Source of the DNA: Oscillospiraceae bacterium
Lineage (GTDB): Bacteria; Bacillota; Clostridia; Oscillospirales; JAVBQB01
Direction of reading: 5' to 3'
Assembly: GCA_031549265.1 (NCBI GenBank)
Contig: JAVBQB010000002.1
Coordinates: 28,038 to 92,037 of the forward strand
DNA length: 64,000 nucleotides
Position numbers and translations under genes: made by a program. The notes beneath the pieces were generated by a model, which was not told where the DNA came from, searched no databases, and saw only the letters and a list, made by a program, of their open reading frames with translations. This document shows, piece by piece, positions 1 through 8,657 of the stretch (position 1 is its first letter; each line of letters starts with the position of its first letter).

Positions 1-1622
1 TTGCTTTCAAATCCGCTGGCCGGAACTTCGGACGAGAACTTGCTCTCGGGCTCTTGTTCATCCAGTTTAATGGACACGGTTTTCGCTTCCTTCAGGCGGT
101 TATATGAGAGATTGACCGTGTCGCCAGCGGATTTGTCCAGCAGGAGCAGTTTAAGCTCGCTGTAGCTCTTGATCGGCTTGCCGTCGATCGCCGTGATAAT
201 ATCGTCGACCTTCAAACCGGCTTTTTCGGCGCAGCTCCCGCTTTTCACGCTCGTAATGTAAACGCCCTGCGGCAGCTCATAGTAACGGGACATCTCCGCC
301 GTGAAAGCGTCTACGGTAATTCCCAGTTCGGCGCGGCCGGTCACATACCCTTCGGATTTAAGCTTGTTTATAATAATCTGAGCCTCGTTGCTGGGAATGG
401 CGAATCCGATGCCTTCGACGCCGTTGCCCGCGCTCTTTGCCGAGTTAATGCCGATTACCTGTCCGAGCGCGTTTATCAGCGGACCACCCGAATTGCCGGG
501 GCTGATCGCGGCGTCGGTCTGCAATACGCTCATGGGCGTTCCGTCAATGTTTATATCCCTTCGCTGCGAGCTGATAATGCCCGAAGTAAGCGTATTGGCT
601 AGCTCGCCCAGCGGGTTGCCGATCGCGACAACCGGGTCTCCCACCTTCAGAGCGTCGGAGTCGCCAAACTCCACTTTTGTGAGGCCGGAGGCTTCAATTT
701 TAAGCACCGCGATGTCAGTTGTCGAATCCCTGCCGACAACGCGCGCGTCATAAGACTTGCCGTCCGCAAAAGTCACCTTTATTTTGCTCGCACCGGATAT
801 TACATGATTGTTGGTGACGATATACCCGTCCTCGCTGATAACGAATCCGGAGCCCGCCGTCGCGACAGGCGTCCTGTTTCCAAAGACATTGCGCACCGTG
901 GACTCGGTCGATATCGCGACTGCCGCGGGATTAACCTTTTCGTATATCTCCGCAATGGTCATCGCGCCCGATACTTTCGCGACGCTGCGCGCTTCGGTGA
1001 CTGCGTTTGCGGTTGCCTGCACGACGGGAGACGGCTGCGCTTCCGAATTCATCATGGACGCGACGCCCGCTCCGACTCCTCCGCCAACCGCACCTCCCGC
1101 CAGCGTGCAGCAGATTGCCAGCGCGGCGACACGGGTTCCGGCTCTTTTCGCCTTCTTGGGGCGGCTGTGTGGCTCGGCTCCCGGCGCTTCCTGCTCCCTC
1201 GCGTGCGGGGGTACGGGATTTACATAGCCCGCGGCCGGACGGGACGGCTCAACCCAGCCGATCTGCCCGTTCTGCGCGGCTCCTCCCGATTCATGCCGGC
1301 CGGCGTCGTATGTCGAATGATACACGTCATGCTGGCTGGGCATGTCCGCGTAACGATACCTGTAATCGCCGGCAAATTCGCCCGCCGGGCGGGGCGCTCC
1401 GTTCTCGTTCCATTGTCCGGACGCGGGTGACGCGGGTGGTTGGTTATATGCGGGGCCCGCTTCCGGCCGCGCGCCGCCGTGTGCTACTTCTCCCTTTTCG
1501 TCGGGATTGTAGTGATATCCCGCTTCGTATGCGCGCGTCTCTGGCGGCCGGCCTGCGCCGTTTTCGCCGTTTGAGGCACCATTCTGAGGGTTAATCGCAC
1601 CGTTTCTGTCTTGATCGTTCAT
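1..1622 (-). CDS. htrA: HtrA/DegP-family trypsin-like serine protease with PDZ domain; 3' end runs off the window
   Basis: Absent from the ORF track because it is open at the window edge. The minus-strand frame from ATG 1622 (AGGAGG upstream) reads MNDQDRNG... In the same frame I read TNNHVI (His), DIAVLKI (Asp), PGNSGGPL at 480-500 (Ser), then a PDZ-like segment GVYITSVKSGSCAEKAGLKVDDIITAIDGKPI. Confidence 0.85.
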   Translation of the reverse strand, partial: MNDQDRNGAINPQNGASNGENGAGRPPETRAYEAGYHYNPDEKGEVAHGGARPEAGPAYNQPPASPASGQWNENGAPRPAGEFAGDYRYRYADMPSQHDVYHSTYDAGRHESGGAAQNGQIGWVEPSRPAAGYVNPVPPHAREQEAPGAEPHSRPKKAKRAGTRVAALAICCTLAGGAVGGGVGAGVASMMNSEAQPSPVVQATANAVTEARSVAKVSGAMTIAEIYEKVNPAAVAISTESTVRNVFGNRTPVATAGSGFVISEDGYIVTNNHVISGASKIKVTFADGKSYDARVVGRDSTTDIAVLKIEASGLTKVEFGDSDALKVGDPVVAIGNPLGELANTLTSGIISSQRRDINIDGTPMSVLQTDAAISPGNSGGPLINALGQVIGINSAKSAGNGVEGIGFAIPSNEAQIIINKLKSEGYVTGRAELGITVDAFTAEMSRYYELPQGVYITSVKSGSCAEKAGLKVDDIITAIDGKPIKSYSELKLLLLDKSAGDTVNLSYNRLKEAKTVSIKLDEQEPESKFSSEVPASGFES

Positions 1623-1777
1623 ATCTTGAATCCTCCTTGTCGAAACTGTATTGATTGTACGATTAACATATGTCAAAGCTATGATAAATACTCGAACAGA
1701 ATTTTAATTTTTTTTGAACTGTTTTTTAACATATCTGTTATATACTTAATTCCGCAGTATTCCGGCGCATGATAAAG

Positions 1778-1807
1778 ACCATCCGCGAGCCAAAGCCCGC
1801 GGATGGT
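1778..1807 (-). terminator. Stem-loop downstream of the 1918..2334 gene (possible terminator)
   Basis: Perfect 10-bp inverted repeat ACCATCCGCG / CGCGGATGGT with a 10-nt loop. The following U-tract is weak (CTTTATC on the minus strand). Confidence 0.45.
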
Positions 1808-1917
1808 AATTTGCTAAAATAATACAATATTGAAAATAATTGCAATAACATTTGATTTTTTCGGCAAAATATGATATACTGGTGCGAGCGGCGTTCGCGT
1901 CCGAGTCTCAGTACAGG

Positions 1918-2334
1918 TCAGATATCCAGCGAAATATTGTCGGTTCCGTGCATTTCGAACTCGGCAATATACGTCTTGATGCGTTCGTTCAGCTCGTCGT
2001 CGTCGCTCTCGTCGCAGCCGTGCTCCTGCATGTCGCGCCGCGCGAGCTCCTCGGCTAGGATCTCAAAGAACACGGTATCCTCGTAATCCATGATTGCCTC
2101 GTGTATTCCGCCCTCCACAAAGGCGCGGGACGGCGCCGATTCGCCGTCAATGATCTCAACAAGACCGGCCATTCCGTTAATCAGTCCATGCGAAAACAGG
2201 TAGCCTTCCACTTCATCGTAATCCTTGATTCGGTCGTCGCCTCTGGTTGAATTCAGAACCCAGTTGCCGATGTAAACAAGATCGAGCAGCCTGCGGAATT
2301 GCTTTTTGGTCAGTTTGATATTCATATATCGCAC
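1918..2334 (-). CDS. Hypothetical acidic cytoplasmic protein (138 aa), no family recognised
   Basis: ORF with a strong RBS (AGGAGGTG, 6 nt before the ATG). The C-terminal half is acidic (CDESDDDELNERI). No TM segment or known motif seen. Confidence 0.7.
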   Translation of the reverse strand: MRYMNIKLTKKQFRRLLDLVYIGNWVLNSTRGDDRIKDYDEVEGYLFSHGLINGMAGLVEIIDGESAPSRAFVEGGIHEAIMDYEDTVFFEILAEELARRDMQEHGCDESDDDELNERIKTYIAEFEMHGTDNISLDI

Positions 2335-2588
2335 CTCCTTGACAAAGGACGTTATTAATCATTATAGCATCGGGTCATGCTTTATGACAAGCGGAAAACA
2401 AAAACATTACCCCTCAAAATCATTTTACACGATATAAATAATAAAGCAAGCAGGTTGCAACAATTTTTTTCTTTAATTTCTGCTAGTATTAATTATCAAC
2501 TGCGGCCATCCGAAAACCGGATTGCGGTTTTGCGCGGCGGCGTCCGCGGATTAACCCTCCGGCGCCGCTCACAAGTATAGGAGCGAAT

Positions 2589-3674
2589 ATGGGAAAGATT
2601 AATCTTTGCGTTTTATTTGGCGGAGTTTCACCGGAGCATGAGGTCAGCCTCAATTCGACGTATTCGATTCTTACAAATATCGACATTGATAAGTATAACC
2701 TTTATCCGGTGGGAATAACCAAGTCGGGCCGCTGGCTGCTGGTGCTGGACGACGACCTGTCACAGGTGCGCGACGGCGGATGGGAAACCAACAGCCGCAA
2801 CGTAGCCGCCATTTTGTCTCCCGAGCGCGGAGTTGGTTTGGTGCTGCCCGGAAACCAGGTCTCGACCATACATATCGACTGCGTCTTTCCTGTCCTGCAC
2901 GGCGAAAACGGCGAGGACGGCTCGGTTCAGGGCCTGTGCCAGCTTGCGGGCATCCCCTGCGTCGGCGCGGACGTCGGCGCGTCGTCTAACTGCATGGACA
3001 AAACGATCACCCATCTGCTGACCCGCGAAATTCCGCAGGCAAGTAAGGAATACTTCTCGTTTGAGCATTTTAAGCACAACGAGGACCGTGTTCTCAATCT
3101 GATTGAATCCGGCTTTGATTATCCGGTTTTCGTCAAGCCCGCGCGGGCCGGTTCCTCGGTGGGCGTGTCCAAGGCGCGGGACCGCGAGTCGCTCAGGGCG
3201 GCTATCTCGGTCGCGGGCGCGGTGGACGACAAGGTGATCGTGGAGGAATTCATTGACGGGCGCGAGATAGAGGTCTCGGTGCTCGGAAACGGCAAGCCGA
3301 TCGCCTCTGTCTGCGGCGAAATAGTTCCTGCCGAGGAGTTTTACTCATACGACGCCAAGTATAATAACGACGACTCAAAACTACATATACCGGCCAGCCT
3401 GCCCGATGAAACTGGCGAGCTGATCCGTGAGACCGCCGTCCGCGTTTTCAGGCTGATGGGCTGCCGGGGCCTTGCCCGCGTGGATTTCTTTGTCCGCAAG
3501 TCGGACGGTGCCGTGTTTTTCAACGAAATCAACACCATGCCGGGCTTCACGGATATTAGCATGTATCCCAAAATGCTTGAAGCGTCGGGCATTCCGTATC
3601 ATCTGCTGCTCGACAAGCTGATTGACCTCGCAAGAGAACCGGATTTGCGCGTTGCCGGCGCGCTCCCGGTGTGA
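2589..3674 (+). CDS. ddl: D-alanine--D-alanine ligase
   Basis: 361 aa. N-terminus MGKINLCVLFGGVSPEHEVSL, and an ATP-grasp half with ARVDFFV and FNEINTMPGFT. AGGAG RBS. Confidence 0.93.
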   Translation: MGKINLCVLFGGVSPEHEVSLNSTYSILTNIDIDKYNLYPVGITKSGRWLLVLDDDLSQVRDGGWETNSRNVAAILSPERGVGLVLPGNQVSTIHIDCVFPVLHGENGEDGSVQGLCQLAGIPCVGADVGASSNCMDKTITHLLTREIPQASKEYFSFEHFKHNEDRVLNLIESGFDYPVFVKPARAGSSVGVSKARDRESLRAAISVAGAVDDKVIVEEFIDGREIEVSVLGNGKPIASVCGEIVPAEEFYSYDAKYNNDDSKLHIPASLPDETGELIRETAVRVFRLMGCRGLARVDFFVRKSDGAVFFNEINTMPGFTDISMYPKMLEASGIPYHLLLDKLIDLAREPDLRVAGALPV

Positions 3675-3750
3675 GCAGAGTCGACTCCGCAACTGCTGAA
3701 AAATTCAGTTGCTTTTCGGGAGATTTCATTTGCAATAAACATTACAGGCG

Positions 3751-4575
3751 GTGACCGACATCGATAACCGTTCAATTGGCGTGCTCGACTCGGGGCTTGG
3801 CGGACTGACCGCCGTCCGTGAGTTGATGCAGCTGCTGCCAAACGAGAACATCATATATTTCGGCGATACCGGGCGCGTTCCTTACGGCTCACGCTCAAAG
3901 GACACAATACTCAGCTACACGCGTCAGGATATACGCTTTCTCCGTTCGTTCGACATCAAGGCGATCGTCGTGGCCTGCGGGACAATCAGCACGGTCGCGC
4001 TTGACCTTCTTTCCGGCGAATACGACATCCCGATCATCGGCGTGCTCCGCGCGTCGGCATACCGCGCCGCCAAGCTGACCGAAAACGGCCGCGTCGGACT
4101 CATTGGGACACAGGCGACCGTCGCGTCCGGCGAATATGAGCGGATGATTACCGAAATCAATCCTGATGCCGTCGTTTTTTCGGCGGCATGTCCGCTGTTT
4201 GTGCCGATGGTGGAAAACGGCAGAACCAGCCGCGGTGATATCGTCATTGAGACGGTCGCCGCCGAATACCTTGCCCCGCTGAAATCCGCCGGAGTGGATA
4301 CGCTGATACTCGGCTGCACCCACTACCCGCTGCTGTCCGACGTAATCTCGGCGTATATGGGCGGCGGCGTGCGGCTGATTAACTCCGGCGCAGAAGCGGC
4401 TTCCTACGCCGCAAGCGTGCTGACGATGACCGAGAAGCTGTCCTCGGCGGACGGCACAGGCTCCGCGCAATATTTTGTCAGCGACAGCGTAACCGGATTT
4501 ACCGAGCTTGCGTCGCGATATCTGTCGCGCGACGTCGAGGGCGCGGTTACTTTTGTTGAAATCGAAACATTCTGA
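3751..4575 (+). CDS. murI: Glutamate racemase
   Basis: 274 aa with a GTG start. Motifs IGVLDSGLGGLT, VVACGT and LGCTHYP carry the two catalytic Cys regions. Confidence 0.93.
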   Translation: MTDIDNRSIGVLDSGLGGLTAVRELMQLLPNENIIYFGDTGRVPYGSRSKDTILSYTRQDIRFLRSFDIKAIVVACGTISTVALDLLSGEYDIPIIGVLRASAYRAAKLTENGRVGLIGTQATVASGEYERMITEINPDAVVFSAACPLFVPMVENGRTSRGDIVIETVAAEYLAPLKSAGVDTLILGCTHYPLLSDVISAYMGGGVRLINSGAEAASYAASVLTMTEKLSSADGTGSAQYFVSDSVTGFTELASRYLSRDVEGAVTFVEIETF

Positions 4576-4680
4576 AACTTCGCGGCCGAAATTGTAGTTA
4601 ATTTTCCGTATTTACATACGCGAAATGTTGTTATATTATATGACTATTGCCCCGCGAAAAACAGCAGTGGAGGGACGCGC

Positions 4681-5109
4681 ATGAAAAAAGATGCCATCAT
4701 TTCAATATCGGGCAAGAACGGACTGGGATTCGCGGACGAATGTGACGTTGAACTCGTTACCTCCGGCAGCTTTTACAGGACAAACGGCGACTACTTTATA
4801 TGCTATAAGGAAAGCGCGCTGACCGGCCTCGAGGGAACGACCACAACGGTCAAAATCGAAGGAAAGCGCGTCATTCTGGTTCGGTACGGCTGTGTTTCCA
4901 CACATCAGGTTTTTGAGCAGGGCACCAAGCATTTTTCGTATTACGACACCGAAATCGGCTCCATGACGGTCGGCGTCAGCGCCCGCAAAGTGCGCGCGGC
5001 GCTCACTGATTCGGGCGGCGAACTGGAGATTGACTACTCCGTCGAAGTCGACCATACTGTCACGGGCGAGAGCGCTTTTAAAATCAGCGTGCGCACCGTG
5101 CCGAGCTGA
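4681..5109 (+). CDS. DUF1934 (YwiB-like) beta-barrel protein
   Basis: 142 aa, GGAGGG RBS. It sits immediately upstream of argS, as B. subtilis ywiB does. The family call comes from size and synteny, from memory. Confidence 0.65.
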   Translation: MKKDAIISISGKNGLGFADECDVELVTSGSFYRTNGDYFICYKESALTGLEGTTTTVKIEGKRVILVRYGCVSTHQVFEQGTKHFSYYDTEIGSMTVGVSARKVRAALTDSGGELEIDYSVEVDHTVTGESAFKISVRTVPS

Positions 5110-5177
5110 TTTTATTTTCCGTTTTCCGTCTTATATCGAAGCGAAACTTAATATCTTTATTTTTTTAGGAATACTTT

Positions 5178-6893
5178 ATGTCAAATTTGATAGATTCGGC
5201 CAAGCAGCAGCTAATATCCCTTGTCGAGGACGCAATGCGTTCAGCGGTCGCCGCCAATGAACTCCCCCAGGCGGAAACGCCGGCTCCGGCGGCCGAGATT
5301 CCGAAGGACCCGTCGATGGGCGACTTTGCCACTGGCTACGCGATGGCTTGCGCGCGTGCGCTGAAGATGCAGCCGCGCAAAATCGCCGAAATCCTCTGCG
5401 CTCATATTCAAAACGCGATCAGCACGGCGTCAGCAGCCGTGATTTATTTTTGCGGCGTCGACGTGGCGGGCGCGGGCTACCTCAACTTCCGCCTGTCGGA
5501 CGCGTGGTATCAAAACGTGCTGCGCGACATAGAAACCGAGTCCGACCGCTACGGATATATTGACGAGGGCAACGGCCGCCGGGTAATGGTGGAGTTCGTC
5601 TCGGCCAACCCGACCGGCACTATGACCATCGGCAACGCGCGCGGCGGCGTGCTGGGCGATACGCTGGCGGCGGTGCTGGAACGCGCGGGCTTTGACGTCT
5701 GGCGCGAATTCTATGTTAACGACGCCGGAAACCAGGTCAACCTGTTCGGCAAGTCGATGCGCGTGCGGTATATTCAGCTGCTCCGCGGCGAGGATGCCAT
5801 TGAGATGCCTGAGGGCTCGTACATGGGCGAGGATATCAAGGCACTGGCCGCCGAATATCGTGAGCTTTACGGCGAGAGCGACGACGCGCTTTCCGAGGAC
5901 GAGCTGGTCGAAAAGATGATTGCGTTCGGCCTTGACCGCAACATCGACCGTATGCGCCGCGACCTGGAACGCTACAGAATCAAATACGACCGCTGGTTCA
6001 GGGAGACTGAGCTGCACGAGAGCGGATACGTGGACGACACAATGCGCCTGCTCACCGAGCGCGGTCACACTTATGAGAAGGACGGGGCGCTCTGGTTCCG
6101 GGCCACAGATTTCGGCTGCGAAAAAGACGAAGTCATGCGTAAGTCGAGCGGTTATTACACATATTATGCGGTAGATATCGCCTATCACCGTGATAAATTC
6201 GAAAAACGCGGGTTCGACCGGGTCATCGACGTGCTGGGCGCCGACCATCACGGCCATACGTTGCGCTTCAAGTCGGCGATGTCCGCTATTGGCATCGATC
6301 CGGACAGGCTGGAGTTTGCTTTGATGCAGCTGGTGCACCTGCTGCGCGGCGGCGAGGCCGTCCGTATGTCCAAGCGCACCGGACGGGCGATCACGCTCGC
6401 CGACCTGCTGGACGAGGTGCCGGTGGACGCCGCGCGCTTCTTTTTCAACCTGCAAAAGCCGGATACCCACCTGGAATTCGACATGGATCTTGCCATCCGT
6501 TCGGACAGCGAGAGCCCGGTTTATTATGTTCAGTACGCCCACGCGCGAATTTGCAGCCTGGCGCTGATGCTGGAATCCGAAAGCGTGACTGTGCCCGCCG
6601 CCGGTGACGTCAATATTTCGGCGTTGGACAGCCCGCTCGAGCGTGAGCTGATCAAGGCGCTCGCGCAGTATCCGGAGGAAATCCGGCAGGCGGCGCGGCA
6701 GCTCGACCCGTCGAGAATCAACCGCTATCTGGTCGACCTCGCGACGCGGTTCCACCGGTTCTATACCGCAAACCGCATCAAGGGCTCCGATCCCGACGTG
6801 ATGCGCGCCCGGCTCAAGCTGGCCGACAGCGTCCGCTCGGTTCTGTGCTGCGGTCTGACCCTGCTGGGCATTTCCGCCCCGCCGAAGATGTGA
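5178..6893 (+). CDS. argS: Arginine--tRNA ligase
   Basis: 571 aa. Class I signatures SANPTGTMTIGNARGG and MSKRTG, plus the GADHHGH region. Confidence 0.95.
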   Translation: MSNLIDSAKQQLISLVEDAMRSAVAANELPQAETPAPAAEIPKDPSMGDFATGYAMACARALKMQPRKIAEILCAHIQNAISTASAAVIYFCGVDVAGAGYLNFRLSDAWYQNVLRDIETESDRYGYIDEGNGRRVMVEFVSANPTGTMTIGNARGGVLGDTLAAVLERAGFDVWREFYVNDAGNQVNLFGKSMRVRYIQLLRGEDAIEMPEGSYMGEDIKALAAEYRELYGESDDALSEDELVEKMIAFGLDRNIDRMRRDLERYRIKYDRWFRETELHESGYVDDTMRLLTERGHTYEKDGALWFRATDFGCEKDEVMRKSSGYYTYYAVDIAYHRDKFEKRGFDRVIDVLGADHHGHTLRFKSAMSAIGIDPDRLEFALMQLVHLLRGGEAVRMSKRTGRAITLADLLDEVPVDAARFFFNLQKPDTHLEFDMDLAIRSDSESPVYYVQYAHARICSLALMLESESVTVPAAGDVNISALDSPLERELIKALAQYPEEIRQAARQLDPSRINRYLVDLATRFHRFYTANRIKGSDPDVMRARLKLADSVRSVLCCGLTLLGISAPPKM

Positions 6894-6962
6894 TTCCGTT
6901 TCGACAGTGGTCGTGCCCGGACTCACCCTTGAAGTTTCGCTCTATCGTTTAAGGAGAAATAA

Positions 6963-8540
6963 ATGAAAAAAAAGCTGGCAGCCGCCCTTGCCATAGTCCT
7001 GTGCCTTTCGCTGGCCGTGTCTCCGGTCGGACTGGCCGCGGACAAGCCCGCCGCTCCCGTTCCGGCAACCAAGGAGCAGCTCGAAATTTTTTCCGCTAAA
7101 ATTGACATTTTACTGGATTTTATCAAAACTGAGGGATACGCCTCCGGGCCGGACGATGATCCTTTGAGGAACGCGATTCTGGATATCTGCGCCTCCGACC
7201 CCTCGTTCTTCGACAAGTTTATGGAGGTTGTCTATTCGCATTACGACCAGTATTCGCACTATCTGCCCGAAGGCGTTTACGACATGTATTACCCCAAGGG
7301 CGAAGTCTTTTCCGGCATTGGCGTCGAATTTGACTCAGTGCCGCAGATCGGGCTTTTCGCTAAAAAAATCCTGCCGGGCACACCGGCTGCGAAGGCGGGA
7401 ATCCTGCCCGGCGATCAAGTAATCGCCGTCGGCGGCAAGGATGTCGAGTTCGCAAAGCTTGCCGACGTTTCACCCATGCTGCGCGGTGACAAAGGCACCA
7501 AAGTCGCCCTGACCATCCGGAGCGGGAATTCTATCCGGTCGCTGGAGCTGACGCGCGACGTCATCAGGGTTTCGGACATAGAATATAAGAACCTCGGCGA
7601 TGGTATCGGTTATATAAAAATCAAACAGTTCGGCGACATCAATACCGCGATGGACTTCGTCGACGCATACAGCGCCATGCCTTATGAGGGCGTCCGCTCG
7701 GTTATTTTAGACGTGCGCGACAACCATGGCGGCGATCTGTCCGCGGCGCTTGCGATACTCGACAGTATGATGACCTCCAACGGAACCCTGATGCTCACCT
7801 TCCGCGGTCAGGGCGACATGACAGAACTGGTTCGCACCATGGGACTTGCCCAGTGGCGCCCCAACAAGACTGTAGTGCTGGTTAATGGGGAATCTGCCAG
7901 TGCGTCGGAGATTGTCGCGGGCGTGCTCTCCGACCTTGATCTCGCCGAGCTGGTGGGTACGAAAACATTTGGAAAAGGCTGCGGCCAGTCCGTTAAGAAC
8001 TTCTATGACACGACCGCCGCTCTTATCACTTCCTTTAAAGTCGAACTGCCCAGAACCGGGATTTACGATGGAATCGGAATCCAGCCTAAGTACGTCGTAG
8101 CGATGAAGGAAGCTCCGTATCAGATGCCTGAACTGCTGCCGATGAAAACCGACAAGGGTATCTACCCCGACTCCGACCCCAATCAGATAAAAGCGCTGAA
8201 ACAGCGGCTGAACCTGCTCGCTTATCTGCGCACCGACGCCGACGGCGTGTACGACGCCGCTACCAAATGGGCGGTCGGCGCGATACAGCGTGTCGACAAG
8301 CTCAAGGTCACCGACGGCGCGTCCCCGCAGACGCTGTCCGCGATTGAAAAGGACGTCTCCGCGCTCGCTTCATCCAAGGTATACGAGGATGCTCAGCTTG
8401 ACAAAGCCAAAGATCTCCTTCGCGAGTCGGCCAAGCAGCCGCTTGCTGTCCCGCCTCCGCCTCCCGACGAGGGCTTCCCGGTCAAAAAAGCCGCGTCTGC
8501 CTCGATTCCTCAGCCGGCCAGCTTACCGGCTGTCGCCTGA
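6963..8540 (+). CDS. Secreted S41-family C-terminal processing peptidase with PDZ and a peptidoglycan-binding-like C-terminal domain
   Basis: 525 aa. Signal peptide MKKKLAAALAIVLCLSLAVSPVGLAA, PDZ (ILPGTPAAKAGILPGDQVIAVGG) and S41 core (VLVNGESASASEIVAGVL...TFGKG). A PG_binding_1-like segment (IKALKQRLNLLAYLRTDADGVYDAATKWAV) is followed by a Pro-rich tail. Confidence 0.85.
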   Translation: MKKKLAAALAIVLCLSLAVSPVGLAADKPAAPVPATKEQLEIFSAKIDILLDFIKTEGYASGPDDDPLRNAILDICASDPSFFDKFMEVVYSHYDQYSHYLPEGVYDMYYPKGEVFSGIGVEFDSVPQIGLFAKKILPGTPAAKAGILPGDQVIAVGGKDVEFAKLADVSPMLRGDKGTKVALTIRSGNSIRSLELTRDVIRVSDIEYKNLGDGIGYIKIKQFGDINTAMDFVDAYSAMPYEGVRSVILDVRDNHGGDLSAALAILDSMMTSNGTLMLTFRGQGDMTELVRTMGLAQWRPNKTVVLVNGESASASEIVAGVLSDLDLAELVGTKTFGKGCGQSVKNFYDTTAALITSFKVELPRTGIYDGIGIQPKYVVAMKEAPYQMPELLPMKTDKGIYPDSDPNQIKALKQRLNLLAYLRTDADGVYDAATKWAVGAIQRVDKLKVTDGASPQTLSAIEKDVSALASSKVYEDAQLDKAKDLLRESAKQPLAVPPPPPDEGFPVKKAASASIPQPASLPAVA

Positions 8541-8554
8541 ACTTTGATCGCTGC

Positions 8555-8587
8555 CTATACCCCGTCACCGACGGGGTATAGTTTATT
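8555..8587 (+). terminator. Rho-independent terminator after the S41 peptidase gene
   Basis: 11-bp stem CTATACCCCGT / ACGGGGTATAG, 5-nt loop, then TTTATT. Confidence 0.75.
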
Positions 8588-8657
8588 CACCGGAACTATT
8601 TCGATGTGATAATTCCCGCTCTGCCTGCGTGCCGGGCGGTATTCAAAGGTGTGACTT

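Noticed and set aside
2503-2572. GC-rich hairpins in the ddl leader (AAAACCG/CGGTTTT and GCGGCG/CGCCGC), considered as a possible riboswitch or attenuator.
   Set aside because: There is no U-tract, no resemblance to a riboswitch class I know, and the stems are short. The evidence is not sufficient.
5430-6926. 498-aa minus-strand ORF opposite argS. Similar long antisense ORFs lie at 26067-27404 (opposite gpmI), 40063-41793 (opposite gyrA), 44988-46028 (opposite gyrB), 11578-12510 (opposite gdpP), 28728-29657 (opposite pgk), 30158-31042 (opposite degV) and 34586-35479.
   Set aside because: Each lies entirely antisense to a gene with clear family motifs. Their translations are Arg/Gly/Ala/His-rich low-complexity strings with no RBS. 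These are typical shadow ORFs of GC-rich coding DNA.
6916-6927. The 12-mer CCCGGACTCACC followed by (C)TTGA occurs upstream of both the S41 protease (6916) and ftsH (17011). I considered a shared regulatory site for envelope proteases.
   Set aside because: A 12-16-nt match between two sites is expected by chance in 64 kb read on both strands. No -10 element follows either copy, and no copy lies upstream of htrA.
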